NCBI RefSeq assembly: GCF_009914755.1
Contig: NC_060947.1
DNA: 64,000 nucleotides
Strand: one strand, 5' to 3'
DNA from: the human T2T-CHM13v2.0 reference genome, Homo sapiens
In this document: one piece after another, positions 45,370 to 64,000 of the stretch
Layout of the letters: every line of letters starts with the position of its first letter
Numbering within the stretch: the stretch's first letter is position 1
The notes under the pieces: model-generated
What the model saw: the letters and a program-made list of their open reading frames with translations, nothing else
What the model was told of the DNA's origin: nothing
Database searches by the model: none
Position numbers and translations under genes: made by a program

Positions 45370-46520
45370 CCAGTGAAGGCTGCAAAATAACAAAGATGAC
45401 AACCTGCCCCTCCCTCTGGGAGCTTTGCATCAAGGAGGTACATACATGTTTCTGGCTCAAATGCACTGTGGATGGAGACCCCGGATGGGAGATCTCACCC
45501 AGACAGGGGGAATGGGATCAGGGACCCACTTAAAAAAGTAGTCTGGCCACATTTTTGTAGAGCAACTCTGCTGTGCTTGGGCTCCAGTTCAGGCCCTGGT
45601 CGCCTCAGACACTCTGAAGCCTGAAGGCTGGAATGGCTAAGTTGCCCAAACAGCAAAGATGGTGGCCTGCCCCTCCTCCTGAGAGCTCTGTCCCAAGGAG
45701 GCCTGAAACTTCTGTCAGCCAGACAATACTAGTGGCGGTATCCAGAGATCCCGGTTGGGAGACTCCACGCAGTAATGAGGAACAGGGTCGGGGACCTGCT
45801 TAAAAAAGCAGTCTGGCCATGTCTTCATGGGGCTGCTGTGTTGTGCTGGGGTGCCACTTCCACCGCTGTTCAGCTTGGGCTTTTCAAAGCCTGCAGGCTG
45901 TAACAGCTAAGTCGCCCAAAAAGCAAAGATGGTGACCCACCCCTCACTCTGGGAGCTCTGTCTCCAGGACTTTTCAAATCGCTGTCGCCAGAAAACACCA
46001 GCAGGGATGGCTGGAGGCCCCAGTTGGGAGGTCCCACCCAGTGAGGAGGAACAGGAAGGAGGGCCCACTTAAAGAATAAGTTTGGCCATGCTTTCATAGA
46101 GCAGCTGTGCTGTGCTGTGCTGGAGTACCATTTCTGCCCCTGTCAGCTTGCACTTTCCAAATCCCACAGACTGGAATGGCTAAGTCACCCAAACAGCAAA
46201 GATGGCAGCCTGCCACTCCCTTTGGAAGCCCTGTCCCTGGGAGTTCTCAAATCTCTGTTAGAGAACACCAGCAGGGGTGGCTGAAGACTCCGGTTGGGAG
46301 GTCCTGCCTAGTGAGGAGGAATGGATCCGGGACCCACTCAAAGAAGCAGTCTGGCCACACTTTGGTAGAGTAGCTGTGCTGTGCTGTGGAAGGGGGGGAT
46401 CCCTTCCACCCCAGGTCAGTTCAGACTCTCCAAAGCCCACAGGCTGAAATGGCTAAATCACCCAAACAGCAAAGATGGTGGCCCACCCTTCCCCAGGAGC
46501 TCTGTCCCAAGGAGGCACAA
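45370..46520 (-). repeat. Tandem array of ~270-bp monomers (about 4 copies) in the L1 5'UTR
   Basis: Motif ggctaagt(t/c)gcccaaacagcaaagatgg…gagctctgtccc recurs at about 45651, 45921, 46194 and 46467, with a partial copy near 45390. Confidence 0.9.
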
Positions 46521-47797
46521 CATTGCTACCAGTGCCTGGCTGGAATTCCAAGCCAGTGGGTTTTATCCTGTGAGGTGCCATGGAAGTGGGGTCCGCAGAC
46601 CATTGCTGCTTGGCCCCCTGGATTCAGCCTCTTTCTTAGGAGTATTTATGGGGAGTCTAACCTCCCACTTTGCTGGAATTTCAATTACTTTTGCTGGGAA
46701 GCCCAGAGCTGGAGTACCTAAAGCTCCTGGGTCTCTGCACGTGCCCGAGCAGTTGCTCTGCAGAGACTCAACATAGTTCTGTGTGTCAGACTGAAGGCCC
46801 TGATGGAGTGGGTTCATGAGGGGATCTCCAGACCCAAGAGTTGCAAAGATCCATGGGAGAAGTCTGGTTTCTTGGGATCACACATTCACTCACCACTTCC
46901 CTGAGTGGGGAACTTCCCTTGGGTCCATGTCACTCCCAGGTGGGCCATCGTCCTGCCTTGCTTTTCTCTGTTCTCCAGGGGTCAAGTTGTTTTCTTGATT
47001 AGTCCCAAGGCAAGTAGCTAGATGTTTCAGTTGAAGGTGCTGTATTTACTCACCCTATCCATTCCTCTTTGTGAGAGCCCCACACCTAACCTGCTTCTGG
47101 TCAGCTATCTTGGACACTTCTCCAATAACATCACTATAAAAACTTTTCTTCTAAAATAAAATTCTGACTTCTAAATATGTCAAAATTTTTCTAAATTTCT
47201 TCTAAAAATATCTGACCTCAAAATATGCAAAATTGCCATGATATAGTTATATTTATTAATAAAACCTTATTTGTTTATTATACAGCATTTTCTTCCTTAC
47301 TGGAAAAGCTATAGTATAACGACTGCCAAAGGAATGTTTTAATATAATTTAACCACTAGAATCAAGGAAAAAAAAACTATTGTCTCATGGTTTATTGATC
47401 TACTTGATTTTATAATGCATCATTGATTTTATATTTTATCAGATATAGTCCTGTTTACTATCAGACATATAAATGAACAATTTACCATTCAGAAGTTTCA
47501 AAATTCATGCTTATACTGTAACCATGGATTTGAGGACCAGAAGACTTTTCCCAAAAAAAGAGGTTTTTATGGTCTTGGCTAAACTATTATACAGTTTACA
47601 GACTCTGTAAAATCTTTAGGATTCATTTTCAACTTTCTTGTTTTTCTCATCATTTTATTAGGTTGATCAGATCATTGTAGCTTTTGATAAATATTAAACA
47701 ATGAAGAAATGATTCTATATCTCACCAAATTTACAGATACCAAAATAATAGGTATTCATTAGTTTTCACATTCATGTAGGAGTAACTATATTTTTAG

Positions 47798-48110
<313 letters not shown>

Positions 48111-48454
48111 TTCCCTCACTTTTAATTCAAGCTTTTCAGCAACAATGTATAATGAAAAAAAACAAACAAAAAAAAAACATGCAATTTAGAGATAGGATAC
48201 CTGGGTGCAGTCCAGGTAAATGGGAATGGATTTATATAATAATAAATAAGGATGGAGATAGGGGAAATAATCTAGTTTGGGCTAGCCTACAATATGGTTT
48301 AAATCACTGTCTGAGAAGGTGTAAATCTACTTTGACAAGGGAAACACACAAGTTTTTTTGTATTACAATAGCATCTTTATTTAAAATTTCCAAAACTTGA
48401 AAGCAAACAAGATGCCCTTCAGTAGATGAATGAATAAATAAACTGTGGTGTATC

Positions 48455-54540
<6,086 letters not shown>

Positions 54541-54829
54541 GGAAAGACAGAAGTTTGTATGCTGTTTGCACTCATATATACATGTCAGATTAGTCTGTAA
54601 TTTACCCTTTTTTCTTAAAGTTTTTTTCAAGTTTGATTTAAAGGTTGTGTTAATCTCTTAAAGTGAATGTGGAAGTTTTACCTTTTCATGCATGTTCTGG
54701 AGTAGTTTAAATCACTAGTCCACTAACCACCAATATATGTAACATAATGATCTTACCATTTATGGTTAAATAGAACTTCTCTGGTATTTTGTGGGCAGTA
54801 GATCATTTGAGATGTATGTATTACTTTTA

Positions 54830-55010
54830 TAAATAGGAAAAAATCAAATATATTCCCTTTAAGAATCTAATAAAAGCTATGGATGCTTTTCTACTACCAA
54901 GACCAATCATAAATAAATACAAACTTGGGTGTTCAATTCCAGGTAGCTCATAGAAGCCTTAAAATATGTGCACAGAGTCTCTAAAGATCCATCAATCATG
55001 GTTTAGAAAA
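54830..55010 (+). mobile_element. hAT-Charlie MER103-like fragment
   Basis: ccctttaagaatctaataaaagctatgga resembles the recalled MER103 core. Confidence 0.45.
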
Positions 55011-55129
55011 CTTATCTTTGATCTTTCTGTACTCTCTTTATATTTTTAGCTTGTTCTTCCCCTTAAGGAAAAATTTGAGATGTTTGTTAACTACAGTATA
55101 GGTCATGTTCTTCTAATTTAAAATATCTA

Positions 55130-58100
55130 AATCTGGAATAACATCAGCAAAATTGCATACTAGGAAGCTCCAATCTCTTGTTCCCCTATGGAAACATCAA
55201 AAACTACCAGAAACTGACTAGCATAACCTTAGAGGAGCAATCAACTGAATACTCACTTAAGGAAAAGCCAGATTCAAAATTGTGGAAAATTCCATGGCAT
55301 TTCTGCTCACCTTTGCCCCACTTCCTCCTCTGCACAGCACAATCTTGGTCTGGCAAAGTGGTAGCTCAGTTCTCAATTATCTCCCATAGAGAATACTTTA
55401 TTTGCAATCTTCTAACATGTGTGAGGGCTGCCTGAAGGACTGATTTCAGTTTTGCCTAACTCAGAGCTCATGCAGGAAAGCAGCAGGCATTGCTTTTGAA
55501 AGCTGCAAGAGAGCAACAGACCTGTAGTTGTGTGGGACAAGAAAATATAGGTGGAGACATACAATGGACCATCTAATGTCCCAAGGAGAAACTGGAATGA
55601 GACATTTTTGGAAACTAAGATATTCAAATTTCAGCTATCTATACAGGGGATTTAAAAAGCCACACCAGGGCCCAAGCAAGACATATACACAGAAAAGACT
55701 TAAGAAGACCTTCAGCTATCACCTCAGGCTGATCCCAAGACTCAGGGCATGCATACCTGACTAATTGTGCAGGACTGTTCAAGCACAGAGCAAATCTGTA
55801 AAGACTGAAAGAGGTGGTTGTTTTTTCAAATGCTCAATTATCAACACACAAATAATAATCACAAGGCATATAAAGAAACTGAAAAACATGTTCATTCAAA
55901 GAAAGAAAATAAACTGGGAGAAACCACCCCTGAAGAAAAACAAGTATTGGACTTACTAGACAAAGACTTTACATCAACTGTCTTTTATATGCTCAAATAA
56001 CTAAAGGAAAACACAGGAAAAGAACTAAAGGAAATTTTAAAATATTAATATATAAACAAAATGAGAATATCAACAAAAAGAGAAATTTAAAAAGGAACCA
56101 AACAAAAATTCTGGAGTGGAAAAATATAATAACCGAATTTAAAAATTTACTAAAGGGCTTAAACAGCAGGTTTGGGCAGACAGAAGAAAAAAATTGATGA
56201 ACTGGAACATAGGATATTAGAAATTAACAAGTCTATGGAGTATAAAGAAAAAAGAATGAATAAAAATGAACAGAGTCAACAGGACTTATGAAACACCATC
56301 AAGAGTATCAATATACATATTATGGGAGTCTCAGAAGTAGAAGACATAGAAGGGCAGATAGCATAGTTAAAGAAATAACGGCAAAAACTTCCTAAAGTTG
56401 ATAAACAACATGAATTTACAATCCGAGAAGTTCAATAAATTCCAAGTAGGAAAAACCTGAAGACACCCACACTGAGATACATTAAAATCAAACTGTCAAA
56501 AGCCAAATACAAAGATAACCCTGAAAGCTACAAGAGAGAAGCAGCTTATCATACATAAGACATCATCAATAATAGTATCAGCTGCTTTCTCAACAGAAAA
56601 TTTGGAGGCCAGAAGGCAGTGAGATGATATATTTAAAGTGCTGGAAGAGAAAAATTGTCAATGAATAAATCTATAATTGGCAAACCAGCCCTTCAAAAAT
56701 GAATAAAACATTAAGACATTTCCAGTTAAACAAAAGCTGAGGGTATTCATTATTACCATAACTGCCCTGTCCTTTGGGTTGAAATGAAAGGCCCTAAACA
56801 GCAATGCAAAGTCATATGAAGCTATACACATCTCTGGTAAAGGTAAGTACATGGGCAAACATAAGAACCAGTATCATTGTATTTTTGGTTTGTAACTCCA
56901 CTTTTGTTTTCTATAGAAATTAAAAGACAAATGCATAAATATAATTATAATTATAAATCTATGTTAATGGGCACACAATGTATGAAGATGGAATTTGTAA
57001 CTTTGAAAACAAAATGGTGGAGGCAGGGAAGAGGCTATTAAGGAATAGAGTTTTTGTATGTAATTGAAGGTAAGCTGGTATCAATTCAAAATAAATTGCT
57101 GTAGCTTCAGGATGTGATATGTAATTCCCATGGTAACCACAAAGAAAATACCTATAGAATATATACAAAGGAAATGAAAAAGGAATCAAAACATGTCACT
57201 ACAAAAAGTCAACTAAACACAAAGGAAAATGGTAATAGAAGAAATGAGGGATGAAAAGCTTTAAGACATACAGAAAATAAAATAACAAAATGGTAAATAT
57301 AGGTCCTTCCTTATCAGCAATCGCTTCAAAAGTAAATGAATTAAATTCCCCAATAAAAAGGCATAGACTAGCAGAATAGATTTTAAAAATATTAGTCAAC
57401 TAAATGTCATATACAAGAGACTAACTTTATACCTAAGGACACAAACATGGTGAAAGTGAAAAGATGTGGAAAGATACTCCATACAAATAGTATCCAAAGA
57501 AAGCCAGGTGGCTATCTTAATATCAGGGAAAAAAAAGGACTTAAAATCAAAAACTGTTATAAGAGACAAATAAGCATATGGTATATTGATGAAGGAGTCA
57601 ATTCACCAAGAAGATATAATAATTATAAACATATACAAATCAAACATCAAACCTCCAAAATATATGAAGCAAACATTTACAGAATTAAAGGGAGAAACAG
57701 ACAGATACATAATTACTGGATACTTTGTCACTCCACTTTCAATAATGGATCAAAAACCCAGACATAAGATCAACAAGGAAACAGAGAATTTGAACATTAT
57801 AAATCAATTGGGCCTAACAGACATGTACAGAGCACTCCATCCAATAGCAGCAGAATACACATTTTTCTCAAGTGCACAAGGAACATTCTCCAGGGTAGGC
57901 CATATTTAGACCATAAAAAATGTCTTAATAAATTTTAAAAGATTGAAATCATATAAAGTTTTTCCAATCATGATGGAATGAAACTAGCGATCAATAGCAG
58001 AAGGAAAATTGGAAAATTCACCAGTATGTGGAAATTAAACAACGTACTTTTAAATAACCAATAGGTCAAAAAAGAAATCACAGGGAAATTAGAAAATATT

Positions 58101-60202
58101 TTGAAACAAGGGAAAACAAAAATATGACATACCAAAGTGTATACAAGAGACAATGAAAGCAGTGTGAAGAGGAAATTTATACCTGTAAACACTTACCTTT
58201 AAAAAAGAAGAAAAATTTCAAATCAGCGACCTAAATTTACACCATTAGGAACCAGTAAAACAACGAACTATACCCAAAACTAGCAGAAAGATGGAAATAA
58301 TAGATTAAAGTGGAGAAACATAAAATAGAGAATAGGGGAACAACAGAAAAAAATCAAGAAAACCAAAAGTCAGTTCTTTGATAAAATATACCACTCTTCA
58401 CCTAGTTTGACTATGAAAAAAAGAGAGAAAACTCAAATTATTAAAATCAAAAATGAAAGTGAAGGTATTCCTTACTGGTTTTAAATAAATTTTTTAAACC
58501 AGATTATAAAAGAGTACTATAAAGAATTGCATGCCAACGAATTGAATAACCTACATGAAATGGACAAATTCTTAAAAATATACAACCTACCAAGATTGAA
58601 TCATGAAGAAATAAAAAATCTTCATAACTTATAACTATTAAGAAGATTGAATCAAAAACCTCCCAACATAGAAAAGCCCTAGACCAAACAGCTTACTTGA
58701 TTAATTCTATCAAACATGTAAAAAAAACCAAAATGAATACCAATCCTACTCACACCCTTCCAAAATACTGAAGAGATAACACTTCTTAATTCATTCTATG
58801 AGTCCAGCATTACCCTGATACCAAAACCAGACAAAGACACCACAAGAAAAGAAAACTACAAACCAAAATCCCTTACGAATGTTGGTGTACAAGTCTTCCA
58901 ATATTAATAAATACTATCAAACCAAATTCAGCAGCATATTAAAAGGATTCTACAACAAGAACAAGTGGGATTTATTACTGGAATGCAAGGGTGTTTCAAC
59001 ACATGAGAATCAATGTAAACACATATAATACACCAATATAATGCACCTAAATATAAGAGCTAATACTATAAAATTCTTAGAAGAAAACAGAGAGCAAAAA
59101 CTTCAAGACATCAGATTTGACAATGATTTCTTGGATATGACACCATAAACACAGGCAACTAAATAAAAAAATGATAAATGGAGTTCACCAAAATTTAAAA
59201 CTTTTGTGTACCAACAGATACTCTGAAATGAAATGGCAATGACAGAATGGGAGAAAAAATTTTCAAATCACATATCTGATAAGGGTTAAGATCCAGAATA
59301 TATAAAGAACTCCTACAACTCAACAACAACAACAAAAATTCAAAAATGGGCAAAGGACTCAAATAGACATTTCTCCAAGGAAGATATGCAAATGGTCACT
59401 AAGAACATGAAAGATGTTGAACAGCACTAACTGTTAGGAAAATACAAATCAAAAGCACAGTAAGATACTATTATATTTCACACCTATTAGCATGACTATT
59501 ATTTTTAAAAAACAGAAAATAACAAGTGTTGAGAATGTGGAGAACCTGGAAGCCTTGTGCATTGCTAGTGGAATGTAAAATGGTGCAACCACTGTGAAAA
59601 ACAGCATAGCAGTTCCTTAAAAATTTAAACAAGTAATTACTATATAATCTAGCAATTCTTTTGGGTACACACCTGAAAGAATTGAAAGCAGGGACTCGAA
59701 CAGATATTTGTACACCAATATTCAAAGCAGCATTATTTACAAAAGCCAAAAAGTGAAAAGAATCCAAATGTCCATCAATAGATGAATGGATAAACAAAAC
59801 ATGTTATTTATATACAATGGAATATTATTCAGCTTTAAAAATGAATAGAATTTAATACATTCTAAAACCTGGATGAAGCTTGAAAACATTATGCTAAGTG
59901 AAATGAAATAAGCCAGACACAAAAGGACAATTAATGTATGATTTCACTTATATGAGTTATCAAGAATAGTAAGATTAATAGGAGTAGAAAGTAGAATGAT
60001 GGATATCAGAGATTGGAAGGAGGTAGATACCGGCAGTTATTGTTCAATGGGTGTGGAGTATCCATTTAGGGTGATGAAAAAGTTCTGGAGATAAATAGTT
60101 GTAATGGCTGCCCAACATGTCAAGGTATTTAATGCCACTGAGTTGTACACTTATAAACAATTAAAATGGTTAATTTTATGTATATTTTACCACAATAAAA
60201 AA
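55130..60202 (+). mobile_element. Long L1MB(3-5)-like element with 5' region, ORF1, ORF2 (large internal deletion near 59030) and 3' end
   Basis: ORF1-like aggccagaaggcagtgagatgatatatttaaagtgctg. Endonuclease remnant ORF 57586-57909. 3' end gatgaaaaagttctggagat…ttaatgccactgagttgtacactta…ttttaccacaataaaaa. Confidence 0.9.
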
Positions 60203-60902
60203 TCATCTTAGACTCACTCATAGATCCCAGAAAAAAAACTTCTATATCTATACAAGACATAACATGAAAGAAGCTTGAGAAAGTGCTCATTTTGTTGGTT
60301 CTCAACATAATGTTAGTCATATTTTCTTAGCATCTTTACATTTACATGATGCCTATAAATGCATGCAAGCGTCCTCCTTTATAGCATGCTTAGCCACAAA
60401 TAAAGACAACCTAGGGACTTGGATAAACTAGGGACAAATGTTAGGAGTGGGTGGTTTCTGTTTTGTTATGTTTGGCTTTTGCTTGAATTTTCACACACAC
60501 AAATAATTCAATACTTGTTTTAACAATGGTAGATTTAAAAAATAGAAACACTCAGTTTTCAATCTAGATTGTTGTTTTCATTTTATCTTGAATCTTCATA
60601 AACATACAAAGCAATGTTCTACTTACTACATCACTGCTTCCTATCTTTCTTTTCCCATTGTTATTAACCAACTTGTGTATGGACTTGCACAGGTATAATT
60701 TGCATGGATATAAACTTTTAATTTGCTCTAGTACAGAGGAAACTAATTCTGCAGGTTTCTCCCAAAGAGTACATTTGTGCTCCCTTTCTTATTTTAAAGC
60801 CTAATAATGTTACACATGTGGAGATAATAACACCACCCATTCATTAAATTGTGAGGATTTAATGCAAGAACAGAATACAAAGTATTTAGCACAGTGTCCG
60901 GC

Positions 60903-61036
60903 ATTATAATAAATAAGTAGTATTTATTTATACTACTATTATATTATATAATATAATATATTATATAATATATATATTATATTATATTACTATTATTATA
61001 TTATATTTATTACTATTATAATAAATAAGTAGTATT
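60903..61036. repeat. AT-rich low-complexity insert bounded by 22-bp direct repeats
   Basis: attataataaataagtagtatt at 60903-60924 and 61015-61036. Confidence 0.88.
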
Positions 61037-61234
61037 CCCTTCCCACCCTGCCCATGCAGTATTATGCCATGTGTATGATGGCCATATGTCTTGGAATTTC
61101 CAGCATGATTCTAATATCAGATATGTTGTTCTCCTAACCCCATCATATATTTCTATAGATCACAATCCTCAAGTCAGTATTTAGAAAACAGAGTATTTAT
61201 TGATATGACACATAGCCCTTAAACAATAAGAGTA

Positions 61235-61435
61235 CTCACTAGATTTTGAGTGCTTACTATGTTAATTATGTAATGTGTTCTGCACTGTCATTTAATTCTC
61301 CTAACATCCCTATGAGATGGATGGTATCATTGCCATTTAAGAGATGAAGAAATTGAGAGACCTGTTAGCTCAGCCAATGTCACACACTTGGCTTACCAGG
61401 TCTCCTGACTCCCTATCTGATGCTTTTTCCATCAC
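61235..61435 (-). mobile_element. MIR fragment
   Basis: ttgagtgcttactatg…catttaattctcctaacatccctatgag…ccatttaagagatgaagaaattgag. Confidence 0.65.
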
Positions 61436-62327
61436 CTCAACGATTTATACTTTATCGACATACATGAAAACACAGGTTTTTTAAGTAGTGCTAGATATTT
61501 GTTCAGTTGTGCTCTGAATAAAGGAAGCTAGCAAGATTTATGATGGAATCATTCTTACACAATAAACACGTTGTGGTACCTCAGTTTCCTTGTCTCTAAA
61601 CTAGGACTGATTTATCTTACATGGTGGTGAGGACTGATTGGGGAAATTGGTATAAAGAACATTCATATTTGAAGTACTAATTCTCAGAAATATAAATACA
61701 GATACAAAGCAAGATACCCTGAATACTCGTGCTTGTACTTTGAAAAGAGGTTGACAAGAAAAAGCTTGATGTTGAAAATGGCTCAGTTATAATCAGTTGC
61801 TGAAGTTATTCTGACAATCAGGTACAATGCAGAAGGGCAGACATTCTCAGGAAAGGTTAAGGTTTCCTTGGCAACTATCAAATGCATTGTTAATATCCCC
61901 TAAGAACTTTTTGGTCAATAATGACTGAAGTGCTAGAAAACTATTTTTAAACTATCTTTTGAGTTAATTCTACTCTCTTTTCAAAATTCTTTTTTCCTTA
62001 AATTTACTTTAATTGCTTAATTAATGGTTATTTGGTGAAGTTTACTGAACATTCTGTTGAAGGAAAGGTTTTGACTCTTTCTGTCAAATAGCATTAAAGA
62101 TGCCAATGAACAGGGAGCTGCTTGGAAAAGATTTGAGCAAACTCTAATGCAAAGGAGGAGTAACCCATAAGATATTCACCCAAAGTTATAATTATGAGTG
62201 TCTATCTAAAATTATTATTAATATCTATTATAGAATTTTCATATTTGCAAATGTCTTAATAATTCATTTGTATTGGTTATTCCACATGTCTATCCAACCA
62301 ACACCTTCAGTGACTATTCTCATTTTA

Positions 62328-62661
<334 letters not shown>

Positions 62662-62877
62662 AAATAGCCAGACTTTCTTCGACCATTTATTAGTGGGCAA
62701 TCATTAACAAGTATGGATCAGAATCAAAAGAATTGAAATAGTTATTTATATCATTAGAATTGGTATATCACAGCACTTGTCATTCCATCAAGTAATATTT
62801 GACAGGATTCTTGGTACCCCAAGAATATGATAGTGAAAGGCAAAAGATTTGTAAAATCTGAAGAGAAACGAGTGTAT

Positions 62878-63020
62878 TGCTTGAGGTGATGGATACTCCA
62901 CTTACCTGGATGTGATTACTATGCATTGCATGCCTGTATCTGAACATCTCATGTACTCCATAAATACGTACACCTACAATGTACCCACAAAAATTAAAAA
63001 TTAAAAATTTTTAAAAAGAA
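62878..63020 (+). mobile_element. L1MA-type extreme 3' end
   Basis: gcttgaggtgatggatactcc…gcattgcatgcctgtatc…gtacccacaaaaattaaaaattaaaaa. Confidence 0.85.
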
Positions 63021-63766
63021 TGTGACAATGGACAAGATAAATCAATCAAGCCTCTATACAAACCAATGACACATGAGAATACTTAGAGACCCTGTGATTT
63101 TAAAATAATTGATGACAGCTTCATTCATTGTTACCTTCAGCTGAAGTCATTGGTATTGATAGAGTCTATTCTCAACTTTACCAAGAAGGAGCAGTTATTT
63201 TAAACTATATCCTTCAAGAAATATACTTTATATTTGCTTTTCTTAGTCCAAATGCTTTTCTTAGTATTTGAGGGCATTATAAAATAGTTATTTTTGCTAA
63301 GTTGAATAACTGTTTGTTAACATGAGTTGTATTATTAATTGTTACTGACTATTGCCAAGAATATTTTATTGATTTTTAAAACTGTCTAGTACAAAGGTAA
63401 TTATCTTAGAAAGGTAATTGAAAAAAACAATTTCAATAATGCAATTCCAGGTTATACCTATGTCTTAGTGACAGACACCATAATACAGTAGAAAGAAAAA
63501 TAGATGAACAAAAATAAACCTATAAATGAATTGTGTAGTTATTTAAGAATAACCTTGAGTCAGATATTCCTTTACTTCCAAGTGGTCTTATCTCCATCCC
63601 CTTTTCTTTGTCTTATAAGTCAGTATGAAAATATTTACCTGCTCCCTGGGTTGGAGCTTCCTTCCTATTTTCTAAAAATAAATTTCCTTCAACCAATTTC
63701 TATGTCTGCAAATCAGCCCTTATAGAACTGTAAACAATAAACGATTTTTTTAAGATTGGATGTTTT

Positions 63767-64000
63767 GGCCGGGCGCAGTGACTCATGCCTGTAATTCCAG
63801 CACTTTGGGAGGCTGAGGCGGGTGGATCACGAGGTCAGGAGATCGAGACCATCCTGGCTAACATGGTGAAACCCCGTCTCTACTAAAAATACAAAAAAAA
63901 TAGCCAGGCCTGGTGGCAGGCATCTGTAGTCCCAGCTACTTGGGAGGCTGAGGCAGGAGAATGGCATGAATCCGGGAGGCAGAGCTTGCAGTGAGCCAAG
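63767..64000 (+). mobile_element. AluY, cut by the window edge
   Basis: ggatcacgaggtcaggagatcgagaccatcctggctaac…gagcttgcagtgagc. Confidence 0.95.

Larger units (their letters stand above)
39954..47125 (-). mobile_element. Long L1PA13-16-like element with extended 5'UTR; 3' end missing; contains the BRDT retrocopy
   Basis: 5' end gaagtgtccaagatagctgacca (minus strand). ORF1 remnants 44791-45156 and 44354-44536. ORF2 remnants 43121-43627, 42529-42879, 41583-41768 and 40030-40338. Confidence 0.95.

Noticed and set aside
45370-46520. Periodic motif as a CRISPR-like repeat-spacer array
   Set aside because: The sequences between the motifs are themselves homologous (whole-unit tandem repeats), the context is a primate L1 5'UTR, and there are no cas genes.
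45870-46998. Cluster of overlapping ORFs in GC-richer DNA
   Set aside because: They arise from lower stop-codon density in the L1 5'UTR monomers; no recognisable protein.

Overview
This window is primate, most likely human, genomic DNA. It is AT-rich and dominated by retrotransposon debris: nested LINE-1 elements of many ages (L1M/L1MB/L1MC, L1PB, L1PA16 to L1PA4), about 9 Alu elements, several MaLR/ERV solo LTRs, MIR/hAT fragments and microsatellites. I found no intact protein-coding gene, RNA gene or CRISPR array; almost every long ORF in the track is a broken L1 ORF1/ORF2 piece, its antisense shadow, or an Alu. The only cellular-gene sequence is a 5'-truncated processed pseudogene of BRDT (about 40412-41242, minus strand) inserted inside an older L1; from memory this matches BRDTP1 at Xq21.33, which I have not verified. 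The most notable structures are: (1) a TSD-flanked L1PA4/5-type element whose 5'UTR was spliced before integration (SpIRE 97/622 junction at 54229/54230); (2) the BRDT retrocopy nested sense-wise in an L1 with a tandem ~270-bp monomer 5'UTR; (3) a twin-priming inverted old L1; (4) several small unexplained duplications and a palindrome. I see no support for a new biological system; the highlights are instances of known but uncommon retrotransposition phenomena. Subfamily names come from recalled consensus motifs, and boundaries without TSDs are approximate.
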